From NCBI RefSeq assembly GCF_006345805.1, contig NW_021833868.1, forward strand, positions 1-53,650: a DNA stretch of 53,650 nucleotides. Direction: 5' to 3'. A program made the translations under genes and the position numbers. Position 1 is the stretch's first letter. Every line of letters starts with the position of its first letter. This document shows positions 23,638-36,275 of this stretch, one piece after another. Source of the DNA: Octopus sinensis (taxonomy: Eukaryota). Under the pieces are notes generated by a model. The model saw only the letters and a program-made list of their open reading frames with translations. It did not search any database and had not been told where the DNA came from.

Positions 23638-24454
23638 CGAGAGTTTGGACGCAATAATGGGAATACCACTTTTTGTATTGGCAACATGACAAAATCAAAA
23701 CTGTTCTAGTCTGTATTTATCTGTTAATATGTATTATGTATGCCTTGAGTTTCATGATATTGCCCTCCGTTTTTTCTTTGCAGATATATGTTTTTAAAGA
23801 AGTTATAATGCGTGACCTATCTGGTTTCAAAAGAGAGCGAATTATTGGAGCACCAGTGTGGCTCGAGCTTCAGTCACTAAAGTTGCTGAATTGTTTTAAG
23901 ATTAGAGGAGAAATCTCTAACGTCCACGGCCAAAGTAAGAACAGCTATGGCAGGCATAATTCTGCACGGATGGAAAAGTTCTTAGAGAGGGATCACAGAA
24001 TAGGGAAATATATGGTTTCTAGAAAACGAAACCATTGAACGATGGTTGCAAAAATGACACCTGAGTTGATTCAATAATGCACTTATTCACTCGGTTTATG
24101 TTATTTAAAATCGAGGTAAAGAGAACAAAAGCGACGTGGACCACAACCAAAGAAGAAGAAAAAGAAAAGAATTCCCCCTTTCCCAATCAACGTATCTCAA
24201 TATAATCGATCATTTATGGTGCATTTTGGAGCAGCTAATCAGAAGTCGCTTCTCTCTTCAGACATCGCTAAAAGAACTAAAGCAAGTTTTACTTGAAGAA
24301 TGGCTCAAAATTCCTTTAACAACCGTTCAGCACCATAATGAGCCAATTCTTCGACATATTAAATCTGTGATTGATGCCAAGAGTGGACCGACGCCATACT
24401 GAATAATAAAACTTCCGTTTAACTAAGGGTTCCCATTTTTCTATCCAAACTCTG
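23638..24454 (+). mobile_element. internally deleted Tc1-like transposon
   Basis: Imperfect TIRs (GAGTTTGGACGCAATAATGGGAA and TTCCCATTTTTCTATCCAAACTCTG followed by TA). N-terminus MRDLSGFKRERIIGA and C-terminus SQSTYLNIIDHLW...EEWLKIP...AKSGPTPY*. The central DDE region is missing. Confidence 0.85.
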
Positions 24455-25045
24455 TATGTACCTATGTTTATAGACATATGCATTCATTGGTATAAAATTA
24501 CATATACTGAAATATATACACATGTAATTAAATACACACACACACACACACGTGTATATAAGCATAAATACGTGTATGTACATATCTGTGCGTATGTGTA
24601 TAAGTGCGTGTAAGACTGCGTTTATTGATGCGTACATATTTATAAGTTTTAATAAACTTCACAAATTATTTGGAAGACGTACGATTCTTCTATGTTATCT
24701 TATAATTAGCGACGATTGTACTGTCACATGTTTTACGGCTAATCCACACCTAGCTTTTGTTGGGGGCAAATGATAGTTGTACTTGGAAAGTGAAATGCAT
24801 TCAAATAATGTAGTAAAGATTCACGTTTGATTTCTTCGAACTATTTTGAGATTGTTTTTGAAATGGTAAAGCAACAAAACTTTATGGTTCCTGTGGAGCC
24901 GTTTTTAGATTCAGAAACAAAAGGAAAAGGAATATGCTAAATACACCGAAGGAAACGTTGGTGGAGATAATAAATGGCGATATTTTGAGATTTGAGTAAA
25001 ACATAACTAATTTATGCTACAGACACTGCTTAACCAAAATGAAAT

Positions 25046-25326
25046 TATATCGCCTACTCTCTTCTTCATTTTCTGTACACTGGTCAAACTGGTCGGCTTT
25101 AGGATTCCGGTTTGCCGAATATCTCTGGGATATCAGACTCGGCAAGGACACTCCGGTCTCGCGCCACTTCCGCTCGACTGGTCACTCCCTGCAACATCTG
25201 TCTGTATTCGGACTGGCCTTGCACAGAAGCTACCCGGACTCCCGCCTCCTTCGAGAGTAAGGTTTATTTTCTCTCCCCATTCCTCAATCCCTCATAACCA
25301 CAATTCTTCACACCCCTTGATCTAAA
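25046..25326 (+). pseudogene. PLE GIY-YIG fragment, same family as 11895-12240
   Basis: YIAYSLLHFLYTGQTGR, then after a frameshift FRFAEYLWDIRLGKDTPVSRHFRSTGHSLQHLSVFGLALHR. Confidence 0.85.
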
Positions 25327-25885
25327 CCCACCTCTACACATATTTATAGGCACTACACACCTAAATTCCACTACCCCTCCACATAACATTCTCTACACCG
25401 TTAAACTCATTACACATACTGTACACACCATTATTCCCCTACAACATATATACACACGTACACACACGCATACACACATACACACTATTTCCCACTCCAC
25501 ACACACTCCCATTTATCCTTTAAGTTTAGTAAATCTATATAGTCACGTAAACACACCTCCCAGCCCCTAGGCTCTATTCCACCTCACACTTCCATCCATG
25601 ACGACCCACAACCCCCTTCACAACACATATTCATCAGATATCCTCACACACACACAAGCGCTCTTACATACATACGCACATACACAGAATGTACAAACAT
25701 ATCAGCTTCATATACACACTATATCCAATAGCCCCATATACACACACCAACTGATAACAGGGACACTCATATTCGCTCACATACATACACACTCATAAAT
25801 GTACACAGTATTCACGCATAAACGCACGTAACTTACATACACACAATAGCGTCACACACAGGCGCTTCCACGCACACACACATAC

Positions 25886-26010
25886 AACGGGATTCTTTCA
25901 GTTTTCATCTACCAAAGTCACTCAAAAGGCTTTGGTCGGCCCGAGGTTTGTCCAAAGTGTCCCGCAGTGGGACTGAACCCGAGACCATGTGGAAGCAAAC
26001 TTCTTACCAC
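25886..26010 (-). mobile_element. SINE family A 5' part
   Basis: ACGGGATTCTTTCAGTTTTCATCTACCAAAGTCACTCAAAAGGCTTTGGTCGGCCCGAGG...GTGGGACTGAACCC. Confidence 0.8.
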
Positions 26011-26143
26011 TCTTTTTCTTTGTCTCTTGGACTTTCCTCTGATTGTTATGCGGTCACCTAAATTGATTTCTGCTTACGGAAATTGTCATAATTATTAGTT
26101 ATTCATGCTAGTACTAAAATTAAGTTTAGGACAGAGCAAAGCT

Positions 26144-26450
26144 ATCCATCCATCCATCCATCCATCCATTTTCATACATTTTTGGAGGCCCACTATTTCT
26201 GAGTGTGCCAAGGTGAGGGCGAGTCCTGTGGGTCTTCATCCATAGAGTCCTATCAGAAGCAACAGTCATTAAATTTTCCCGTTGGACTCCCAGGCATGAT
26301 CAACTGAAACAACGAATATTATCCAACTGTCTTACTTGTCGTCTATTCGTAGGTTTCCTGCCAGTTGGCTTAGCTTGAAGCATCTATCTTGCGATCCTTT
26401 CCTGTGACCTCTCAATGCGGGATGCGCTCAAGATCTGCGCACCCTATCGT
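26144..26450 (-). mobile_element. RTE/Expander-like LINE 3' end with (GGAT)n tail
   Basis: Minus strand reads ERIAR*MLQAKPTGRKP...LGV, followed by a 3' UTR and a TGGA repeat tail at 26144-26168. Confidence 0.6.
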
Positions 26451-26558
26451 TCAACTAGGTATAAATACAAAACATAAGATTTTAAAGAAGCAGGAGCTGT
26501 ATAGAATACATGCCTTACAGGACCTTCAGTTTCTATAGATTTCCTTTGTAAACTGATA

Positions 26559-27708
26559 TTAGGTCGCCAAGTATGAAATTTGTAGTAAGGTGTATGGTAA
26601 GCTTTGACAGCTGCTTATTTTGCGCCATTATTATATTTTGGCAATCTTTGTTTTTTGTTAGAAAGCTGATACATCAATTACTTTTGCGCTTAATAAATCA
26701 CTTTTTGCTATTTTTTTTTAGAGATAGATAAGTCGGAAATTCGTACAGTTTTGAAATGTGAGTTCTTTCTTGGAAATACATCATCACAGACAGCTCGGAA
26801 TATCAATGGAGTATTTCATTCTGATATTATTACACAGCAGACAGTATCAAATTGGTTTGCAAAATTTCGTTCTGTTAACTTTGACCTCACAAATGAGCAA
26901 CGTAGTCGTGAATTATCATTGTCGTTTGGTGTTAGCAAGCAAACAATATTGACTCATCTAGTTCAAATCAGTAAAGTGAAAAAGTTGGATAAATGTGTTC
27001 CACATGAACTCAATGAAAATCAGAAACAGCAACGTTTGGAAGCCTGCATTATGCTACTTTCCTGACACAAAAATGAATTATTTTTGAATCGAATTGTGAT
27101 GAGAAATGGATCCAATACAACAACTTTAAATGTTCAGCACAATGGTTGGACAAAGACAACCCCCCAAAACACAATCCAAAAAGCAAAATTCATCAAAGGA
27201 AGCTGATGGTGTGTGTTTGGTGGTCTGGCACAGGTGTGATCCATTATGATTTCATTAAACCTGGCTCATCAATCATGGCCAAAGTATACTGCTGGCAACT
27301 GGACCAAATGATGCAGAAACTTACAAAAAATAAAACTAGTTAACAGATCCTCCACTCTTATTTTATTGCAAGACAACGCCAGACCAGACATCGCAGAAAT
27401 GACATTGGCCAAACTACAGGAGTTGGAGTTGGAAGTTCTCCATCATTCACCATACTCACCTGATCTTGCCCCCACTGACTACCACTTCTTCCAGAATTTA
27501 GATAACTTTTTCATAGGAAAAACATTTAATTCCAGCGATGCTGTAAAATCCTTCGAAGATTTTATTGACTCTGGACAAGCTACCACTGAAATGGCAAAAG
27601 TGTATTGACAATATGGGTGCATACTTTGATGAATAAAACTATTCCTTGTATTTATAAAACATTAGCATTTTTTTTTTTTCGTTTCTACAAATTTCATACT
27701 TGACCGAA
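26559..27708 (+). mobile_element. near full-length decayed mariner (DD34D) transposon
   Basis: TA on both sides. TIRs TTAGGTCGCCAAGTATGAAATTTGTAG and CTACAAATTTCATACTTGACCGAA. Transposase motifs DKSEIR, CVPHELNENQK, DEKW (27098), LMVCVWW, QDNARP, YSPDLAPTDYHFF, GAYFDE*, with stops and frameshifts. Confidence 0.95.
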
Positions 27709-28450
27709 TATAAACGTAATGAATAACGATATTCACGGATGGTTAAGTTCAGTTGGTTGTTGGATGGGTCCCTACAGCCCTGAACTGCAATTCTAGCTAT
27801 CGCCTTTGTGTCTATGAAAACATTATTCTAGAGTATTAGATACAGCAAGATTCAAAGGCATGGTTATGAGGCTGATTTGAAACTGAACTTGACTGCAGAA
27901 TCTTGGAACTAATAAACAGACTCCGACCTCTATCTCTACCACCACTATGATCCCATCCGTCTACACAACCACTTCCACTACAACTACATCTATTTACACG
28001 ACCACCACACTACACCACACCACTGCAGTTCATTCCTTGCTATCTATACAACCGTCACCAATACAACCCCTTATTTGCAACCACCACAGCGACAACTACA
28101 TCTCTACCAAACACAACCACAATCGCAACCAACACTACCATAAGATTCTATGACCACCATCACCACCATCATCGTAACCACCACCATCATCGTAACCACC
28201 ACCACCAACGCTGCCTTCACTCCTATCTGTATTAATACCATCACAATTAACCATCTATGCCCATTTCACCACTACCACCTTCCCCACAGAATCCCCATCA
28301 TCGCTGCCAACAATCTACACCGTTTCTACAGACACGCTATAGTTAATTATTTTTTTAAATACATTTTTATTATTGATGTTGTTTTGTTTAGTAATATGCT
28401 GTTTTGATATTTCTTCATGATAACAACAACAAAAACAACAACAACAATAC

Positions 28451-28496
<46 letters not shown>

Positions 28497-28605
28497 CATA
28501 TATTGTGTAGTGGCCATGTTTTGTCGATATGATGGTTACATGCTGAGTTTTGTTGCAAATAACTTCCTATCCACGACTCCACGACCTCGTCTCAATCGTT
28601 ATTGG

Positions 28606-28653
<48 letters not shown>

Positions 28654-29205
28654 GCTACCACTGTAGTCGAAGCAGTGGTAGTAGTAGTAGTAGTAAGATA
28701 ATATTAGTATAATAATAAAAGCATATTAGTTTTCATAGTGGCAGTTGTACTAGTAGTTCAGGTGGTGTTAGAAATAGATTTGTAATGTAATAATAATAAT
28801 AACAATAATAACAATAATATTATTATTATTATTATCACCCACCGCGTATCATCTATCAATTCCATATATATTTAGATATGTCAAACAAGTCCTTCAGTTT
28901 ACGATTCTCTGTGTATTACTTTCTTTTACTATTTTCGTAGATTTTTCTGACTATTATACTGATTTAATTTTTATATTTCTTAAACTTTCTCCTATATCTT
29001 CTCTCCGAGTTATTTTTATGGTTTCTTCAGAGCGGCCATGAAGAATTCCGTAGTTTTTCTCTAATTTTCTGCAGCATTCCGTTGAATTTTCTGAAATAAA
29101 TTTAAAGTAAGCTTTGTGCAGAGTTCTACTTTAATCTACGAATTTTCTTGGAAGTTTTTTCTTCTTTTAAATTCTTTCCAAAGTCGACCTGAAAATACTT
29201 TAAAA

Positions 29206-29735
29206 CAGTGTTTCTCAACCATTGTTATCTATGGGTCACTTTGATTCCAATTTTACTCAAATGGACCCTAATGGCCATTCGTGGGTGTGTGATAAGAAGT
29301 TTGCTTCTCAGATTTGGTAGATGGAAACTGGAAAAATCCCGTCGTATATATATATGCATATATTTATGTGTGTGTGTTTGTCCCACCATCGTTACTTGAC
29401 AACCGATGTTGGTGTGTTTTACATTCCCGTAACTTAACGTTTCGGTAAAAGAGAATTATAAAATAAATACTAGGCTTATAAAGAATAAATCCTGGGGTTG
29501 ATTTCTTCGCCTAAAAACCCCTTAAAGGCGGTGCTCCAGCACGTCCGCATTCAAATTACTGAAACAAGTAAAAGAATGAAAAAATAAAAGAATATTTTTT
29601 ATAATTAATTATTATTATGAACTGTCAAAGCGTTTTGTGTATTGTACAAGTATAACCAAGTTATTGCGCATAAATTTTACCCGCAAAATGTTGTGGACCT
29701 CCTAGGGGCATGTGGACCCCAGTTGAATACCACGG
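29206..29735 (+). mobile_element. hAT-type MITE interrupted by a SINE
   Basis: Ends CAGTGTTTCTCAACC and AGTTGAATACCACGG; 8-bp flanks CTTTAAAA and TTTTAAAA (7/8 identical). Confidence 0.7.
29283..29593 (+). mobile_element. SINE family A with head deletion
   Basis: GTGTGATAAGAAGTTTGCTTCTC joined directly to GATTTGGTAGATGGAAACTG; full tail through GGCGGTGCTCCAGCA...ACTGAAACAAGTAAAAGAA. Confidence 0.85.
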
Positions 29736-29883
29736 TTTTAAAACTATAGGTATTATACATATTCCTTACTACTTCGTGGCTGAACAGGTAAATGGAGGAT
29801 ATATGAGGAGGGCTTTATAGATGTTGGTTGTAGTGGTTTGGCAGTACCTGTACTGGTTTGGTTGTAGCCACTGCTTATTAGGT

Positions 29884-30092
29884 ATCTACTATATGGATCA
29901 AGTTGGGTGAATCGGTGGTACGGCGTTCATGCAACTCAGTGACTACTCGTTTGCAGGTTATGATCAAGGCGAAAGGTGGTCATTTTGAAATGTAGTTACT
30001 GCAATGGATTATCAAATTTAATTATCCTACCTTAAACTTATTTTGAATAATGAAGAAATATCAATGGGTAAATCTTTCTGGGACACCGCGTA
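29884..30092 (+). mobile_element. Tc1/mariner-superfamily 3' end fragment
   Basis: RLQVMIKAKGGHFEM*, then TIR-like GGGTAAATCTTTCTGGGACACCGCG followed by TA. Confidence 0.65.
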
Positions 30093-30246
30093 TGAAGAGG
30101 ACTTTATAAATGTTGGTTGTAGTGGTCTGGTAGTGTTTGTACTGGTTTGGTTGTAACCACTGCTCGTTAGTGTAACAGTGTAAACGGAGATTTAATGGAA
30201 TAGTAGTGAATATAGGTACGTATTGGTATCTGTAATAATATTGCTC

Positions 30247-30442
30247 TTAAATTTATTTTGGCACAACGCCAGTAATTTCGGGGGAGCGGGGTAAATCGAT
30301 TACATCGACCTCGGTGATCAACTGGTACTCATTTTCTCGATCCAGAAAGGATGAAAGGCGAAGTCAACCCTGGCGGAATTTGGACTGTGAAAGTAAAGAC
30401 GGACGAAATGTTGCTAAGGGTTTTACTCGGCGCGGCAGCCTT
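30247..30442 (-). mobile_element. SINE family B
   Basis: Reverse complement of family B head, core and tail (AACTGGTACTCATTTTCTCGATCCAGAAAGGATGAAAGGCGAAGTC). Confidence 0.8.
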
Positions 30443-30891
30443 TATCTGTAGTAGAATGTTTTAATAGATTTACGATGTCGTAGTGCAATGGCGATGGCGC
30501 TAATTCTGTGATAACTGTAATTGGAAAAAAACTCGTACAGCCACTGAGAGATTAAAATTTGTGTAACGAGTCTAGAAAGTGAGCCAGTAATACGGCAAAT
30601 AGTAAACGAATTCTTTGTACCTATAGCATATTACCTATTGCACAGTGGACATTATTGGACATTATTGTCTGTTTTACAGTATCTGCAGACATCAATCGTT
30701 GTACAGTTCCTACTAGACATTAACCGTTGAACTGTAGGTTTGTTATTTTAGTATGCTTATCAGTTGGAACTCTTTGCCACCTTATCTGTAGTGTCGCTGT
30801 AATGAGAGAAGTAAGCGGCAGAGGAAATAGGGACTAGGGTTTGAATCGATTCCAACTACGTGTATTCCACTTACCCTTTATATATACATAT

Positions 30892-31206
30892 AAATGACCA
30901 TGGGAGTGCACCTAGAAAGTTACCCTCCCAGGGACAAGTCCAGGCAATGTTGGAAGACCAGCATTTGCCCATGCATACCAGCCTTCCCTCTCCACATCAC
31001 TGATGTTATCCAAGAGAAAGGCAAAGGGGCCGATACAGCTTGGCACCAGTGACGTCCGTCGCAACTCATTTCTACAGCTGAGTGAACTGGAACAACGTGA
31101 AATAAAGTGTCTTGCTCAAGAAAACAACACGCAGCCCGGTCCGAGAATCGAACTCACAACCTCACGATCGTAAGATCGACGCTCTAACCACTGAGCCATG
31201 CGCCTT
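30892..31206 (-). mobile_element. SINE family C, near full-length
   Basis: Minus strand reads AAGGCGCATGGCTCAGTGGTTAGAGCG (box A), GAGTTCGATTC (box B), then GTAGAAATGAGTTGCGACG and GGCTGGTATGCATGGGC blocks shared with 47925-48220. Confidence 0.9.
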
Positions 31207-31389
31207 CACAACAACATATATATATATATATACACACACAAAACGATTCTGAAAAAGGTACAACTGTTATAAAGTCTCCTTCTTCCCCCTCTATAGAGTC
31301 AAAAGAAGTCAAACAATGTTATCGACTTCCCACTAAGTAGGAACTAAGTACTGAGTCTTATTTTTCTATATTGCTATGATAAAAGGGGA

Positions 31390-31424
31390 CTACTACTACT
31401 ACTACTACTACGACTACTAGTAAT

Positions 31425-31502
<78 letters not shown>

Positions 31503-31607
31503 AAATAATAATGATAATAATAATAATAATAATAATAATTAATAATAATAATGATGATGATGATGGTGGTGGGGATAATAAAACACACACACAACAACAA
31601 TAATAAT

Positions 31608-31678
<71 letters not shown>

Positions 31679-31680
31679 AG
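31390..31680. repeat. compound (TAC)n(AAT)n(GAT)n(GGT)n(AAT)n array
   Basis: Directly visible. Confidence 0.95.
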
Positions 31681-32433
31681 AAGAATCTAATCAAAATATA
31701 TAGATAAAAATACTTGCCGACTCCATTACCCATGTGCTTGTTTTGGATCAAATATTCCTTCAAGACGATTCTTCATATAAAAAAGAAAAAAAAGTCTGAG
31801 AAAAAAACAGGAACAGGAGAAAAAGGAAGGAAAATATTTTCAAAGAACTCATATAATAAACATAAATAATGGTTATTGGATTGTATTTCTTTTGTCTCCT
31901 CTTTCTTCCTCGTGGTTTTCCTTTTTCTCTCCCAGTTCATCATTTCATAAGATACGTGGTAATTATTGTTTCTTTTTTCTCATTATATTGTGTGTGTGTA
32001 TGTGTGTGTGAGTATGCGTGTATGTGCACGTGTGTGTGTGTGTTTGTATTTCATAAGGATGAGGGTGCAGACGATGTTGCTTCGGTACCAACAAACGAGT
32101 CTTGCAAATCGATCGTCTGTCTCAGTGAATTCATATATCGAGAACGACGTTGACACGCGAACGTTACTGTTCGCCATCTTTGATTTATTAATCGTGTTTA
32201 TATCCACTTAATGTCTTGGAGAACTGTTTACGTCGAGTAAACGCGAAATAAAAGGAAAACGCATACGTACGCACACATACACGCAAACACACACTCACCT
32301 ACACGCACCCCCTCCACACGCACACAAAGACGCACATACACACACAAACACACACACTCAAACATATATAATATGCCTACATATACACATAAATATCTAC
32401 ACATACATTTCTTTATATATATATATGTATATA

Positions 32434-32530
<97 letters not shown>

Positions 32531-32606
32531 CTTATATGTACATACATATGTGAATATATACCTATATTTTATATGTATATATATATGTATATATATATAT
32601 ATATAT

Positions 32607-32656
<50 letters not shown>

Positions 32657-33162
32657 CTTATATGTACATACATATGTGAATATATACCTATATTTTATAT
32701 GTATATATATATGTATATATATATATATACACATACATACATACATACATACACACACATACACACACTCACAAACACACATGCACACACACGCACGCAC
32801 ACACACGCGTCCACACACACACACACACACACTCTCACTCACTCACACGCAAGGCACACACTATAAACCCAAAACGAAAATAAGATTATATCGAAATTTT
32901 TCTCAACTAAAAACAACTGGTTTTACAAAAGAAAACAAAATGGCTGCAATCATGTTGTAAGGCGGTTTTGGTGGCGGTGATTTCGATGGTAGAGGACAGA
33001 GGTGATCAAAAGTAAAGGGGGGAGGGAGGTAGCAGAAACTTGAGCATAATTTGTGGTGTTATTTATTTTCGATGGAGTTCGTTAGCAACATCCACACGCG
33101 CGACACACATTCTATCAATGTATATTATATATAATAAATGCATATAAACCACACACACACAC

Positions 33163-33254
<92 letters not shown>

Positions 33255-33544
33255 GTGTATATATTACCCACGAGTCAGAATATTTGGGCCTTTGTCAAGT
33301 TTAGTTATCAATTTTTCCTAACAAAAGTTTGTGTTCATTTATGTGTATGTGAATGTGTTGCGCGCGCGTGTATATGAATGTGAATGTGTGTGTGTGCACG
33401 TGTGTGTGCATGTGAATGTGTGTGCGTTCGTATCCCAATCCTTTATTGACTTGGGTCTTGTTTTATTTCTATATTTACTTCCAGATTTATCTAACAATCT
33501 ATCTTAGTCTTTTATCATTTATAGGAAAAAAACAGCAAAAACCT

Positions 33545-33575
<31 letters not shown>

Positions 33576-33684
33576 AATAATGATAATAATGATAATAATA
33601 ATAATAATAACAACAATAATAATAACAATAATAATAACAATAATAACAATAATAATAATAATGATGATGATGATGATGATGATG

Positions 33685-33715
<31 letters not shown>

Positions 33716-33737
33716 TAATAATAACAATAATAATAAC

Positions 33738-33790
<53 letters not shown>

Positions 33791-33970
33791 TGATGATGAT
33801 GATAACAATATTAATGATAATAACAACAGTAATAACAACAACAGCAACAACAATAATAACAATAACAGTAATAATAGTAATCATAATACCAATAATAAGA
33901 ACACGAACAAGAACAAGGACAACGACAACAACAACAATAACAATAATAGTAGCAATAATAATAAAAATAA
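33545..33970. repeat. compound (AAC)/(AAT)/(GAT) array
   Basis: Directly visible. Confidence 0.95.
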
Positions 33971-34929
33971 TAACGCCTTGGGATTCATTGAACATCAAAA
34001 AACATAAGAGAAAAACTAACGACAAAAAGTAAGGAAAAGGCCAAGTTCTAAAAGAAAGATGGTGTCGATGGTTGCGGTTTATGGTAAGACTAGTGGTAGA
34101 GTGTGTGTGTGTGTGTATATATATAATTACAAAAGAAAAACAGCAGTACTTTAACGTTTGGCAAACATTCTGTAGTGTTTAGCAAACATTCGGTAATGTT
34201 TAGATTAGTATTGTCAAAGTATCTTGTACGTAAACACTCGCTCGGGCTTTCTTCTTCTTCTCTCCGTTTCTAACAAAAACACTTGTACACTTTTATACGT
34301 TTATACACCGAACAATGCCACAAAGAAACTCATATATAATAACTAAATAAATAAAATAATGTACCGGGGCCCCATTAAGTCTAACAACATCGGTGAGATT
34401 CACCAGTTCCAGTATCTTTAACCACTATCAAGAATCCCTATTATCACCATCATCATCGTGTTTATCACTATCATCGGTATCATCACGAATATCATCAGCA
34501 CTCACTCGCCGCCGCCACCACCACCACCACCGCCATTTGTTTTGTTAAATGTTCTACGGAAAATGGTACAAAGCGGCGGGGCTGAGAAAGGACTAACAAA
34601 CAAACGGTTTTTCGTCGAAGGTAATAAGCGGAAGAGGAAGGACAGGGGAAGGAAGCGTTGCTTAATATTTTGTTGTTGTTGTTGTTGTTGGTAGTGGTGG
34701 TGGTGGTGGTGGTGTTGACGGCGGTGTCGTTGTTGCTGGATCATTCCATTTGTTTTTACATCGTGGTGTGTGGGGGACGATGAGCGGACGCAACAAGGAG
34801 TTCCAAACAAATAATACTGATACCCACGTATCTGTATCTTTATGCATTCATCTATATGTATATTTACACACACTTATACACACACACATATACACACACA
34901 AATATATCTACATATATGTGTGTGTGTGT

Positions 34930-35523
34930 ATCTTTTATCTTCCACTTGTTTCAATCATTAGACTGCGGCCACGCCGGTTCATCACCAGGAAGAACTTTAG
35001 TCGAACGAAATGACCTCGGTACTTCATTTCATTTAAGCCTGGTATTTATTCTATCGGCAGTTCTTTTGCCGAATTGCTAAGTTACGGGAACACAGACACA
35101 CCAACAACGGTCGTCAAGCACTTGTGAGGGACACATACGCACAAACACACACACACACACACACTTAAATTTAAAGAAAAACGAAAGACGAAGTCAGGTG
35201 TATGAACAACAAGCAAGTGTATTAGTTTGACACTCGAGAAAAATGAAAAATTATTTTACGTTTCGAGCCTACGCTCTTCAGCAGAAAGGAATAAGAAAAA
35301 ATAAGCACAGAGAGAGAGAGGGGGGGGGGAAGAATCTTGTAGATTTCAGTGGTCCTGCATATTGCGGGCTTCTTTCAGTTTCTCTCTACCAAATCCATTC
35401 ACAAATTTTTGGCCGGTCCGAAGATATAGTAAAAAAAATTATACAGAATCAAGTTGTCACACGGTGAGGCTGAATCTGGAACTATGTGAATGGGAAGCAA
35501 GCTTTCTACCTCACAACCACGCT
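34930..35523 (-). mobile_element. SINE family A interrupted by a P1 element
   Basis: Tail at 34930-35130, (CA)n linker, P1 insertion, head at 35364-35523. Confidence 0.8.
35165..35363 (-). mobile_element. family P1 element
   Basis: CUUU CUGCUGA A GAGC-GUAG-GCUC GAA ACGU A AAA at 35254-35288. The downstream sequence aligns by eye with 18590-18660. Confidence 0.7.
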
Positions 35524-35688
35524 TGAGTATTTTTGTAATTCTTACCCCAGATATGATCGTCATAGTGAATATCTCCCACCTTACATTATCTCTATGTCGC
35601 TGGAACTATGTATACTTCTAGTGTTTCTTCTGCATACACTATGTTGGAAAATGTTTATTCTGTTGTTATTGGTGAGGCTGTTTAGGTT

Positions 35689-35912
35689 CAGTGGTTCTCA
35701 ACGAGGTCCGTGCAAGATTCTGTTGTTAAAGTCTGCGACCAATATATTAGCTCTATTTCAACAATAACGAAATATTTCAACGCTTTTTTAAATACAATTC
35801 CTAATAATATTTAATTATAAAAATACAATAGGATTTTATTTTAACATGGAGGTCCAGCAGAGAAAAACAGGAGTCAAAGAGGTCCATGGCCAGAAATGGT
35901 TGGAAAACACTG
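35689..35912 (+). mobile_element. hAT-type MITE
   Basis: Ends CAGTGGTTCTCAAC and GGTTGGAAAACACTG; no clear TSD. Confidence 0.6.
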
Positions 35913-35999
35913 ATCATTCTTCACAGAGCAAACGTTTATTCAAAGACATTCGAGGCATTACGTTTCCGTTTTTTGTACGTCAGGAAAACTTGATTCGTT

Positions 36000-36275
36000 T
36001 ATTTGTTATAACTTAGACATGTTTTAGTCATCGAAAGGTTTTGTCGAAAAAATCTGGTACTTATTCTATTGACTGATTTTACCGAACTGCTAAGTTACGA
36101 GCGCACGCGTACACACATATATACATACACATATATACTTATGACGGGCTTCCACAAAGTTTCCGTCTACCAAATTCACTATAGTAGAAAGCACTTGTCC
36201 ATGGTTCTGCGCTGTGGGACAACGCCCAAAACCATCCGGTTGTAAAACGAGGTTTTTAACCACACAGTCACACCT
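36000..36275 (-). mobile_element. decayed SINE family A
   Basis: CCGAACTGCTAAGTTACG tail block and GACGGGCTTCC...TTTCCGTCTACCAAATTCACT head block. Confidence 0.7.

Noticed and set aside
30892-31206. tRNA-like sequence (also 3330-3404, 15240-15306, 19561-19620, 47925-47985)
   Set aside because: Box A/B heads run directly into SINE bodies and lack a complete cloverleaf; these are SINE heads, not tRNA genes.
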